From Planctomycetota bacterium (lineage in GTDB: Bacteria > Planctomycetota > SZUA-567 > H5-PLA8): a stretch of 64,000 bases of DNA. A model generated the notes under the pieces. The model saw only the letters and a program-made list of their open reading frames with translations. It was not told where the DNA came from and did not search any database. Position 1 is the stretch's first letter, and every line of letters starts with the position of its first letter. The DNA is taken from the NCBI GenBank assembly GCA_035308565.1, contig DATGGK010000241.1, forward strand, positions 3,146 through 67,145. The letters run 5' to 3'. Made by a program: the position numbers and the translations under genes. Positions 18,027 to 27,372 of this stretch are shown one piece after another.

Positions 18027-21000
18027 CTATTCGTTCCGGACGTCATCAAACGGCCGCCCGTCCAAATCCGCGAGCCGGAAGACCAGCAGCAGCCTGTCGC
18101 GCTGTACGCCCACTTTGATCAGAATTTCGTTTTCGCCGCTGCGCAATTGCACTTCCGCGGTTTCTTTGTCTTTTCGCGCGGACGTGTACAGTTCGTTGAC
18201 GACGCGCTTGCCGTTGACCCAGATCGAAATCACGTCATCCGCCCCGAATGCCAGCAGCGCTTTGCGCGCCGTCGGACAGTTGAATTTCGTGTACGCATAG
18301 CCGAAATACGGCCCGCGGTACGATTCGCGTTCCGCGCCCATCTGCGCGCGCAAATCGATCACCGGATCGTTGTTCTTATTTTTGCCGGATATTTTTTTCC
18401 ACGCGATCTCGCGCCCCATGTTCTGCGACTTGAAAGCCAGATCGACCGCGCGTTCCGGCTCCATCGACGTCTCCATCCCGCGCCGTTCGCCCACCGCTGA
18501 AAACGGCCCGAGCACGCGCCACTCCATCCAACCCGGCGCGAAGTCGCCGTAAAATGCGCGCACCGCGTTCAGCGGCGGCTTCACGTCCGCGATGAACTCG
18601 GCGCATTTCGCCATCGGATCCTGCGCTTCGCAGCGCTCGAAATAACTGCGCGCCAGATGCAGCGCATCGTACGCATTCGGCGAACCCATGTTGCGCTTCA
18701 TAAAATCGCGCAGCTCCGCAACGGCCTTCGCGCAGCGCGTCTTCTCGTCGCCTTCCGTCATCTCCATCGCGCGCCGCAAAAACGCCAGCCCCTCCGGCGT
18801 GTCGTGAATGATCTGCGCGGCCTTGCGGCATGTCTCCTGATACTTCGCCGGATTCTTGACGGCTTCGTCGGCCATCCGCACGCCTTGAAAATCGATGATC
18901 GGCTGATTGTTCTTCAAATAAAAATGCGTGTTGTAAACGTCCGTTTGAAATGGCGCGACAAAGGTCAAACTTTTTGCGCCGTCGTGATGCGGCTGACCTA
19001 CGAATTTGATTTCGCTGAATTGCGTCGTCCAATTCGCCGGCAGACTGTCGTCGAACAAAACCGTTTCCTTGCCGCCGGCCGTGCATGCGGCGCGGTCGAA
19101 GTACACTTGGCCGCCGCTCGCCGTCAGCGCGAACGTTTTGATTTCCAGCGTTTCCAAATCGAAATCAAGCGCCGACACGCGCAATTCCGTCCACTCACCG
19201 GGCTTGGGAATTTCGCCAAGTTTTTTAAGCGACAACGTCCCTTCCCTCCCCCACCCTACTGTCGGCAAGCCCCAATACGCACGCTGCGTGCCGCTGGTGT
19301 AATCGAGATTTGAAAATTGGAACATGATCATCTGCGGCGGCTTGTGCGGGTCCGGATAAACCCACACGTGAAAGCCGTCGTCCAGCGCGTGGTGAATCGA
19401 TTCCGGCACATTTGCTTTTTTCGCAAATTTCTCGACGCGCCCGGCCCCATTTTTTTCGCCAATGCGCCGCAATGTTTCGCGCAATAACGAGAGCGCCTTG
19501 GCGGTGTTCGCCGATTGCGGATGTTCCGAAATAAATTTCTCCAACTCCTGAATCCGTTCGTTCTCAGCCTCCGGCCCGCGCTTGCTCAACAATATCAAGC
19601 GCATGAATTTGAGCGCCTCCGCGCTGCCCGGCGCGAGCGCGATCACTTGCCGGTAACGCTCGACTTTTTCTGCGGACACATCCAGCAGCGTCAAGCGCCC
19701 CAGCCACATCGGCACCGCGCTGGGCATCGTCACGCCCGCGCCCCATTGCAGAGCGCCGCGCGTGCCGCTCTCGTCGCCATCGTAGACCGCCACGCCCAGC
19801 CGCACTTCGCGCCGGTCGCTGGCGCGCTCGATCGAGTCGCGCCGCAACACTGCCCAAGGCACAAACACTTCATACTGCCGCCCGCGCCCAGATACCGACG
19901 GCGCCGCCTTGCCTTCCGCGCGAACGCCGTTGTCCGAGACCGCGCCGCTTTCCTGCGTGAAAAACGACGCGCCGTTGACCAGCGCCAGCGTGCCCACAAA
20001 ACATTCGTTCGGATCTATCGCGGAATTTTCGCCGTCGCGCGCGTCCATGACAATGCGCACGCGGTCGCCCGTTGTGGTCTCAGCGCCGGGGCGCGGCGAA
20101 CACGGCGAGCCGTCGGTCACGTCCACCGCGACCGTCACGCCCTCGCGGCTCCAGCCCGTGTAAATTTTCGCCGACAACTTTCCAGCTCCGTCCCAGACGG
20201 CGCCCTCGCTCAGCGGCACGTAGTCGGAGCGGTGCGACAACACAATCGGCTCGGTCGTGCTCCATTCGGACAAATCGCCGTCGATGCGCGCATTCGCCGG
20301 CGTGATGAACGTCATCGCTTCGGGCTGCTCGATTCCCGCCAATCCGCGCCGCACATCTTTGATCCGCTCCGGCACCGCTGCCGGGTCGTTCAACTCCGCT
20401 TGAAAACTCTCCGCCGCCTGCGCCACCGTCGCGCCGCGCGGGCGCACGAAAAAGATTCCCTCCTTCGTTGTGTATGCCAGCGACCCGCCAGCCTGAATGA
20501 ACGTAGACGCCAAAAATCGCTGCCCAGTGGATGCGTTGATTCCGCTCAGCGGCGTGCCCGGCAGCACCTGCTCCATCACGCGCTGCCCCGAATCCCACGA
20601 CAGCGTGCGCACAAAGAATTGCTCGCGATTTCCGTTGTCGAACGCGCGCACAAACACGCAATGAAACAGCGGGCCGGCAATGAACGCGCGCGCAAACGAG
20701 AAATCCGCACCGTTCTCCTGCTGCGGTTTCAGCGTCCACACCGTTTCGACGCCGCCGTTGGCGCCGGCTTTCAAGCGCGAAATTTTGTAGCCGCGCTCCG
20801 TGATCGCATATTGCCCGCGGTCGGATTCCACGCCTTGCGCATCGGTGAATTCCGGCGCGGCATCGTTGCCGGTCGCCGTGTCGATGTACCGAACGATGTG
20901 GCGGTTCCCGTCACGGCGGCTCGGGCCGGCATAGCGAATGATTCCGTCGGGCGTAAAATCGACCGTCGCGTAAACAGTATCCAAATCGGGAAAATCTTTT

Positions 21001-24000
21001 CGCCACAATACGGCGAGCTTTGTCAAATCCACGCAGGTGAGCCGCCCGTTCATGCGCCCAAGCAAATAATGAAAATCCTGCGTGAATACTGCGCGCTGCT
21101 GATGGTCAAGCGGCAGCAGTTTCAACTCCGCCCCCGTTGCGCAATCGTACGTCGTCACGAACACCTCGTCGCGCCGGCTGTACACGCGCACCAGCGCGCC
21201 GCCGCTCACTGAAAATCCGTTCGCAATCGTCCGTTCGTCGATCGTCGCGCGCTCCCAAATCGGTTTGCCGCTCCACGCATTCCAGGCGCCCACGCGCGCG
21301 TCGCTGGCCGCGTACACGCGCTCGCCGCCCGCGCACGCGGTGACGAACGCCTCGCCTTGCGGCTCGACGCGCCGCTTCGCGCCGCGGCGGTCTTTGAGTT
21401 CCACGTCGTTGCTCGCAAGCGTCACGTGCGAGAGCGTTTCGCCGGTGTCGCGGTCCAGCACCGCGATGTCACGTTCGCCGACCGCCGCCAGCAGTGAGTC
21501 GCCGGCGGCCAGGCGTTTGACTTGCGTGCCGACATACGAGCTCCACAAAACTTCGGGCGTCGAACCGACGGTGAGCGCCTGAATATCGCCATTGAGCCGC
21601 GTGTAAACGCGGTTGGGCGGGTCGTCGCTGAAGCGGCTCAGTTGCGGATTTTCCCCGGGCAGAAAATACGAATACACCAGCACGCCGTTGAGCGCGTCCG
21701 GCGGATCGCTTTTTCCCGCGTCGGGATTGGTGATCGTCTCTCCCAGATTTCTGCGCAGCGAACGCACGACCGCGTCGCGCTTCGTCTTCCACAATCCACC
21801 CATCGCCGACAAATCCGGTGGCGCGTCGTGTTCGAAGCGAGTCAATTCGGCCAGCGCTTCGTCGCGCCGCCCCAATAGTTTCAGCAAGCGAACTCGCGCC
21901 GTCAACGCCAGCAGCGCTGAGCCTGCGCTCTTGTTTTTCAGCGCATCCGCGTAACGCTGCGCTGCCTCTTCGAGATGCCCTTCCGCTTCCAATCGCCGCG
22001 CGTCGTAGTATGGCAGTGCGCTGGCGCTGGTGCTCTCCGCCTCGCCGCTGCTCGTCGCAAATCCGATTACCGTTCGTTCATTCACAGCGACGATGCGGCT
22101 GCTCGTAATCAGCGCGTTCGCGGCTGGTCCGATGCGCGAATCCCACGGCGTCGAACCAATGACCATTCCTTTCAACGCATCGACGCGCAGCCACGCGCCG
22201 CGCGTCGGAAGATAGAGCACGGCGCCCGACAGCGTCGGCGTTCCTTGCAGAATCTGCCCTTCTAAAGGCAAGCGCCACGCGGTCACCCCCGTCTCCGCAT
22301 TCAATGCTGTCACACCGTCGTCGCACGCCAGAATATTTCCGCCCGCGATTCCAGCCACAAAGCGGCACCCAACCATGTCGCGCTGCCAGATCAAATGGCC
22401 GTCGCGCCGGTCAAAGGCCATCACGCCGTTTCCGTCGCGTGGCGCGGCGATGACCAACTGGCCCAGCACCATCGGCGGCGTCGGCCCGCTTGAAAAAATG
22501 TCCCTCATGCGCGCGGACAAATCGAACACGTTCGTCCGCCCGCGCCTCAAGTCGCCCAGTTGCATGCGCGGGTAACTCGAAACCCAGCGCGCTTCGCCGT
22601 TGAACGCATTGATCGCGGCGACCGAGGCGAGCCCGGTTTCGATGTAGATTTCACCCGCGTCAATCGCCGCCGGCCCGAGATGGTTCGACGCCTGATAATA
22701 CGCGGCGTCACCCACTTTGATGCCCGTCAGACCGCTCGCCAGCGGACAGCGCCAGCGCAATCGTCCCGTCTCGACGTCCAATGCCGCAACGCCGTGCACG
22801 TCGAAATCGCCCGGCTCGATGTATTCGGCGTAGACCATGCCATAGGCCGCCGCGGGATCCGAAATCCAAACCAGCTTGCGCAATTCCGTTTGCGCGTCGC
22901 TCGACCAGCGCGGCGAACCGCTCGCGGCGTCGAAACATTTCAACGATGAATAGACCGACTGCGCGCGCACGATCACTTTTCCGCCAATGATCAGCGGACA
23001 GCTCGACGGAAATCCGGTGAACGTGCCGTTCGCGCTTGCGCTGCCGCCGGCCCACGTTTGCGTCCAAAGGATGTTGCCCGAATTGAGTTCGATTGCGCGC
23101 AACGACTCCATCGCGCCAATGAACACGCGCGTGCCGTCGGTCACCGGATGCGATTGAAGATGCGGCGGGCCGTCGATGCCGAACGTGCTCCGCGCACGCT
23201 CCAGCGCCCCCGACGCAATCACCGGCTGCGCCCAGACCACGCCGCCCGGTTCCGGCGCCGGGCCGCGCAGCGCGCCCGTGCGCGTCAGTCCGCCCATGAA
23301 ACGCAGTTGATCGCCTTCGCCGTGCTCGGTCGTGCTGACTTCCGCAACATGTTTCTTCAGGCGTTCCGCGAGCGCTGAGCCGGTAGTGGGTTCGCCTTTG
23401 AGCTTCACGCTTACGGAAGCAAATTCCGCGGCCAAACGCTTGAGCGCGGCCTCGCCTTCCGCCTTCTGTCCATGCTGCGCCTGGGCGAGCGCAAGCTTCG
23501 CGAGCGCCAGCGCGCTTTGCTCCGGCGTCAGCGGTTCGCGCAGCAGCGTTTGATATAGCGACGCCGCCTGCCCGTAGTGTCCGCGGTCGAAATACAAATC
23601 GCCCGCGCGCCCCAGCGCCGCGCGCGATTCGTTCGTGTGCGGAAATTCAAGCGCCGCCTTTTCAAGCTCCGCCGGATCGTTCTCGGCCACGGCTTTCAAA
23701 CGCTTCGCCGCCGCTTCGCCCACCACCTTCTGATACACATCGCGCTGCGCCGGCGGCATCGCGTCCAGCATCGCGCGAATGTATTCGCGCGCGCCGACGA
23801 AGCGCATCGCGAACGGCGTTTCGTGCACTTTCACCAGCGAATTCGAGGAGTTGCGCAGAATCTCGCTCAATCCACGCATCGCTTTTTCCACGTCGTCAGG
23901 CGCGCCATCGAGCTGCCGCTTTACCGCGTCCAGCAGCGCTTGAACGTCGCGCGAGCCTTCGAAACCGACGCGCTCCGGCCGGTAACTGCGCGCCCATTCC

Positions 24001-27000
24001 AGACCCGGGGACACCAACTGCCGCGCTTCGTCCGGCAATCTTCCTTCGCGCGCGCAGCGTTCGAAAAACGGCAGCGCCGCCTGGCTCAGTCCAAATTCCC
24101 AGCGCAGCACGCCGCGCCACGCCACGCATTGCGCCGCTTCGCCGAGCGGCAGCGGATGCCGGTTGCTCGCGTCGCGCAGAACAACGTCCGCGGCAGTAAT
24201 ATCCCCTTCGCGCACCAATGCGCGCGCCAGCACGCGCGAAAGCTCCAGCGCCTTTTGCGCGCGACCTTGATAATCGGCGCCGTCTTCAAGCCGCTGCAAC
24301 GCGCTCCGCAGCGCGCGAATCGACTGCGCGTCCTGATTCATCTCATGCAAAATCTGCGACGCCCAAATCAACTGGTCGAACGCAAACCAGCGTTGATCGT
24401 CATAGAGGTGGCTGACCGCGTTGGAAAACGCAATCAGCGCTTCCGGGCCGGTGCGCCGCGCCATCGCGTCGCGCAGGCCATTGAGCTCCCCCATGCGGTC
24501 GGCCATGCTCACTGGAAATTGCCGCGCCGCCAGCGCCGTGCAATACAGCAGCATCGCCAACTGCGGCTCCGTTCCAATCCGCGCGCGCAGCGGCACCGCG
24601 CCTTCGGCCGGCATTTCCACGCGCACCATCAAGCGATGCCGTCCTTTTTCGAAATGAATCGGAAGGCGATCGGCTTCGATCTTGTACACATCTGCGCTCA
24701 AGTCGTGGCCGATCGGTTTGCCGTCAACCCACGCGGCCCACGTGCCCGCGTTCGAAAGATGAATTTGCGTGTCGCCGGAAACAGACACATCAAACTCGCG
24801 CGCAAGATACGCTACTTGAGCGTCGCCGGCAAAGCGCCGCACGTCGAAACCAAATTCGCCGCGCTCGGTCTTGTCGGCTTCCGGCTCGATCTCCGTCCAG
24901 CCTTTGTCGCCATAGCGCGCGTTCGATTCCGAATTGGTTTCAGGTCCTTTCACATCGCCGTCCGCGGCATTGCCGCCGCGCTTGAAGGCGACGATGCGCC
25001 ACTTCCCGGCCCACACCGGATCGCCGCATTTTTCGCGCAATCTATTCCACGCTTCCTCGCGGAATTGATTTTGATCTTTGATCTCGTTCTTGTTTTTATC
25101 AAAGAGCGGCAGCGAAATTGGATGCGCCTGATTGAGCACGAAGTAGTACGACGCATCCGCATCCGACGCGAGCAGCGCCATCGACGCCGCGCCCCACGCC
25201 GTGCCAAACGCGCGCTCGTAATTCTTGCTCTGCAAATCGGACTTCGCGTCCTGTACGACTAGTTTCACGGCCGTATTTTTCGCGCCCGGCAGCATCTCAA
25301 TGGCGCCCAAAATCGAATTCACCGCGCGTGTTTGTTCCGCGGGATTCGCGGATGGATTTCCGCGCGAAGCCTGCCGTTCATACTCCCAGCGCCAAATTCC
25401 GCTTTCAAGCGCTGCGATGGCGCGGTCGTCGGATTTTAATTCCTGCATCGCGGCTATTTCGTCGAGCGTCGCCAGAAATTCGCCGCGCGCGCCCGATTCG
25501 GCCAGCGCGCCCGCGATCACTTGCGTCATCTCCACGGCGCTCAATGGGCCGCCCTGAGCACTCCACTTTTTTAAGCGCTCGCGCGCAGCCGCGGCGTGGC
25601 CAGCCAGCGTTTCAAAACGCAGCACCGCGCGCATCGCGCTGGCCGCGCTGTCTTCGTGCGGATATGCGGCGAGATATTCTTCCGCTGTTTTCATCGCGCT
25701 GTCGAAATCGCGCAGAAACGCGTACACGCGCAATTTTCCCTCGAACGCGCGCAAGCGGCTCTCTTGATCATTTTTGAGCGCGCTCAGCGCCGCGCTGTAT
25801 CCTGCCAGCGCGCCGCGAAAATCGAACGACTCTTCGCGCCGCCGCGCAAGATCAAGCAGCGCATGCGCCGGCCGCCAATCCGCCGATGGTACCGGAAAAT
25901 ACTCCAGCATTTTTTGGAGCAAGCCAATGCGGTATGCCGGATCGTTGCGCTCCACGCGGCAATAAAATGCCTGATCGCCGCGCACCATCCGCAGCGCGAC
26001 TTTGAGCGTGTTTTTGCCTTTGTTGAATCGCACCGGCAAGCCGCTGCGATCCTTCACCGGATGCCGCTCGCGCCACCACTCGTTTCCGTCGCTGGCGTAG
26101 ATCGGAAGGTTGTTGACTAATATTTTGCTCGGCTCAACCGAATCGAACCAGAGCATCGCTTCGCCCGACACAGGCCAATCGATCTCGGTCTTGAGCAGCA
26201 TTGTCGAATTCTTCGCCGTCGGCACGCTTTCGCGCAGATCGAGCAGCGGATCTTCTTCGTCCTCCGGTTTGGTCCACGTGCCGAATTTCGCGTTGCGGCC
26301 TGCCGCATCTTTGATCGCGGCCCAATTGTCGTTCTGCACCCATTCCTTCGAATTCCAAAACGCGCTGTCGGTCGCCGGTGACAGGTAATTCCACGTGCGC
26401 GGAATCTGCGCCGGCTCCAGCGCAGCCAGCGTCTGGTCCCACGTTTCTTTTTTGGCAAGATCAGGACCGTCCGGCTTGATCGCGGGCGGCCTGGCAACAA
26501 TGCTCAGATCGGAAAAATACGATTTGTTCGTCGAGCGCGCATCTTTGTACGCGTCGTTGCACAAATCCGGATTGTCGCCCGTGAATCCGCGCCCGAGCAT
26601 GATCTTCGGCGCCGCGCCCGGCGCGCCGGGGCGGGCGTCAATTTGCGCGATGCGCCGCCAGTTCGCTCCGTCGGGACTCACGTAAAAGGCCAGATTGCGC
26701 GACACGAGCAGCACACGCACGAACACTTCCTTGCCCCAGAATTTCTGCTCGCCCATGTGAGCGTCGCGCATCACGTTGGATTCCGTAAATGCGACTTCAT
26801 TGCCGTCGTGCGCCCATCCATAATAGAGGTAGTTGTCATGCGTCGCGCGAAAATAGGCGTAGTTCTTCGCGTCCCAATAAAGATAGAGGCCCGGAAAGCC
26901 CGCGCCGTCGTTGCCCTGCGACGCGCGAATGCGCACGCTCACCAACAGCGGTTCGTCGTCGCTTCCGTTCGCGGGCAGATTGAAATTGAGGTGCGCGTAT

Positions 27001-27212
27001 CGGTTGGTCTCGCCGACCAGCAGAATGCCGTCTGGGGTCGACGCGATGCTGCCTTTGGAATTGTGCGAAATGACGAAGCTGAGGGCGTCGGGTAATTTGC
27101 CGGAGCGAAGCGAATCGTTAAAATCCAGCGCAACGGCGCAACGAAGCAAGCTCAATAGAAAAACAAACGGCAGCGACCAAGCGCAACGCGCCGGTCTTTT
27201 GCAAAACGTCAT
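18027..27212 (-). CDS. 3061-aa secreted multidomain protein (LamG-like jelly-roll, three PA14/galactose-binding-like beta-sandwiches, TPR-like helical repeats, PQQ/BamB-like beta-propeller blades, CBM9-like domain)
   Basis: Single uninterrupted ORF with signal peptide MTFCKRPARCAWSLPFVFLLSLLRCAVA. Repeated propeller-blade signatures (GNILWTQTW, GRLRWRCPL, GEARWVSSY, GHLIWQRDM, GVTAWRLPL, GKPIWERAT, LAVLWRKDF). CBM9-like IDGDLSEWS...LGVAVYDGD. Sandwich-like segments ...ISIWVNGKRVV...GENEILIKV. Confidence 0.9.
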   Translation of the reverse strand: MTFCKRPARCAWSLPFVFLLSLLRCAVALDFNDSLRSGKLPDALSFVISHNSKGSIASTPDGILLVGETNRYAHLNFNLPANGSDDEPLLVSVRIRASQGNDGAGFPGLYLYWDAKNYAYFRATHDNYLYYGWAHDGNEVAFTESNVMRDAHMGEQKFWGKEVFVRVLLVSRNLAFYVSPDGANWRRIAQIDARPGAPGAAPKIMLGRGFTGDNPDLCNDAYKDARSTNKSYFSDLSIVARPPAIKPDGPDLAKKETWDQTLAALEPAQIPRTWNYLSPATDSAFWNSKEWVQNDNWAAIKDAAGRNAKFGTWTKPEDEEDPLLDLRESVPTAKNSTMLLKTEIDWPVSGEAMLWFDSVEPSKILVNNLPIYASDGNEWWRERHPVKDRSGLPVRFNKGKNTLKVALRMVRGDQAFYCRVERNDPAYRIGLLQKMLEYFPVPSADWRPAHALLDLARRREESFDFRGALAGYSAALSALKNDQESRLRAFEGKLRVYAFLRDFDSAMKTAEEYLAAYPHEDSAASAMRAVLRFETLAGHAAAARERLKKWSAQGGPLSAVEMTQVIAGALAESGARGEFLATLDEIAAMQELKSDDRAIAALESGIWRWEYERQASRGNPSANPAEQTRAVNSILGAIEMLPGAKNTAVKLVVQDAKSDLQSKNYERAFGTAWGAASMALLASDADASYYFVLNQAHPISLPLFDKNKNEIKDQNQFREEAWNRLREKCGDPVWAGKWRIVAFKRGGNAADGDVKGPETNSESNARYGDKGWTEIEPEADKTERGEFGFDVRRFAGDAQVAYLAREFDVSVSGDTQIHLSNAGTWAAWVDGKPIGHDLSADVYKIEADRLPIHFEKGRHRLMVRVEMPAEGAVPLRARIGTEPQLAMLLYCTALAARQFPVSMADRMGELNGLRDAMARRTGPEALIAFSNAVSHLYDDQRWFAFDQLIWASQILHEMNQDAQSIRALRSALQRLEDGADYQGRAQKALELSRVLARALVREGDITAADVVLRDASNRHPLPLGEAAQCVAWRGVLRWEFGLSQAALPFFERCAREGRLPDEARQLVSPGLEWARSYRPERVGFEGSRDVQALLDAVKRQLDGAPDDVEKAMRGLSEILRNSSNSLVKVHETPFAMRFVGAREYIRAMLDAMPPAQRDVYQKVVGEAAAKRLKAVAENDPAELEKAALEFPHTNESRAALGRAGDLYFDRGHYGQAASLYQTLLREPLTPEQSALALAKLALAQAQHGQKAEGEAALKRLAAEFASVSVKLKGEPTTGSALAERLKKHVAEVSTTEHGEGDQLRFMGGLTRTGALRGPAPEPGGVVWAQPVIASGALERARSTFGIDGPPHLQSHPVTDGTRVFIGAMESLRAIELNSGNILWTQTWAGGSASANGTFTGFPSSCPLIIGGKVIVRAQSVYSSLKCFDAASGSPRWSSDAQTELRKLVWISDPAAAYGMVYAEYIEPGDFDVHGVAALDVETGRLRWRCPLASGLTGIKVGDAAYYQASNHLGPAAIDAGEIYIETGLASVAAINAFNGEARWVSSYPRMQLGDLRRGRTNVFDLSARMRDIFSSGPTPPMVLGQLVIAAPRDGNGVMAFDRRDGHLIWQRDMVGCRFVAGIAGGNILACDDGVTALNAETGVTAWRLPLEGQILQGTPTLSGAVLYLPTRGAWLRVDALKGMVIGSTPWDSRIGPAANALITSSRIVAVNERTVIGFATSSGEAESTSASALPYYDARRLEAEGHLEEAAQRYADALKNKSAGSALLALTARVRLLKLLGRRDEALAELTRFEHDAPPDLSAMGGLWKTKRDAVVRSLRRNLGETITNPDAGKSDPPDALNGVLVYSYFLPGENPQLSRFSDDPPNRVYTRLNGDIQALTVGSTPEVLWSSYVGTQVKRLAAGDSLLAAVGERDIAVLDRDTGETLSHVTLASNDVELKDRRGAKRRVEPQGEAFVTACAGGERVYAASDARVGAWNAWSGKPIWERATIDERTIANGFSVSGGALVRVYSRRDEVFVTTYDCATGAELKLLPLDHQQRAVFTQDFHYLLGRMNGRLTCVDLTKLAVLWRKDFPDLDTVYATVDFTPDGIIRYAGPSRRDGNRHIVRYIDTATGNDAAPEFTDAQGVESDRGQYAITERGYKISRLKAGANGGVETVWTLKPQQENGADFSFARAFIAGPLFHCVFVRAFDNGNREQFFVRTLSWDSGQRVMEQVLPGTPLSGINASTGQRFLASTFIQAGGSLAYTTKEGIFFVRPRGATVAQAAESFQAELNDPAAVPERIKDVRRGLAGIEQPEAMTFITPANARIDGDLSEWSTTEPIVLSHRSDYVPLSEGAVWDGAGKLSAKIYTGWSREGVTVAVDVTDGSPCSPRPGAETTTGDRVRIVMDARDGENSAIDPNECFVGTLALVNGASFFTQESGAVSDNGVRAEGKAAPSVSGRGRQYEVFVPWAVLRRDSIERASDRREVRLGVAVYDGDESGTRGALQWGAGVTMPSAVPMWLGRLTLLDVSAEKVERYRQVIALAPGSAEALKFMRLILLSKRGPEAENERIQELEKFISEHPQSANTAKALSLLRETLRRIGEKNGAGRVEKFAKKANVPESIHHALDDGFHVWVYPDPHKPPQMIMFQFSNLDYTSGTQRAYWGLPTVGWGREGTLSLKKLGEIPKPGEWTELRVSALDFDLETLEIKTFALTASGGQVYFDRAACTAGGKETVLFDDSLPANWTTQFSEIKFVGQPHHDGAKSLTFVAPFQTDVYNTHFYLKNNQPIIDFQGVRMADEAVKNPAKYQETCRKAAQIIHDTPEGLAFLRRAMEMTEGDEKTRCAKAVAELRDFMKRNMGSPNAYDALHLARSYFERCEAQDPMAKCAEFIADVKPPLNAVRAFYGDFAPGWMEWRVLGPFSAVGERRGMETSMEPERAVDLAFKSQNMGREIAWKKISGKNKNNDPVIDLRAQMGAERESYRGPYFGYAYTKFNCPTARKALLAFGADDVISIWVNGKRVVNELYTSARKDKETAEVQLRSGENEILIKVGVQRDRLLLVFRLADLDGRPFDDVRNE

Positions 27213-27301
27213 GTCAACCTCGTGGGCATTTCATTCAAGAGCAATGCAGCGCGTGAACGCGCTGGTTTTCTCTATATAGATACACCGCAACGCAACAGCT
27301 A

Positions 27302-27361
27302 GGGCGGGCTGCCAGCCCGCCGAATCTCGCGGTTTTTGGACGGGCTGGCAGCCCGTCCTAC
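27302..27361. repeat. pair of REP-like GC hairpins (GGGCGGGCTGCCAGCCCGCC and GGACGGGCTGGCAGCCCGTCCTAC)
   Basis: Direct reading. The two hairpins are separated by 16 nt and lie between the ClC gene end and the giant gene start. The same family and the same paired architecture occur at 46491-46554. Confidence 0.85.
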
Positions 27362-27372
27362 TATTTGACGCG

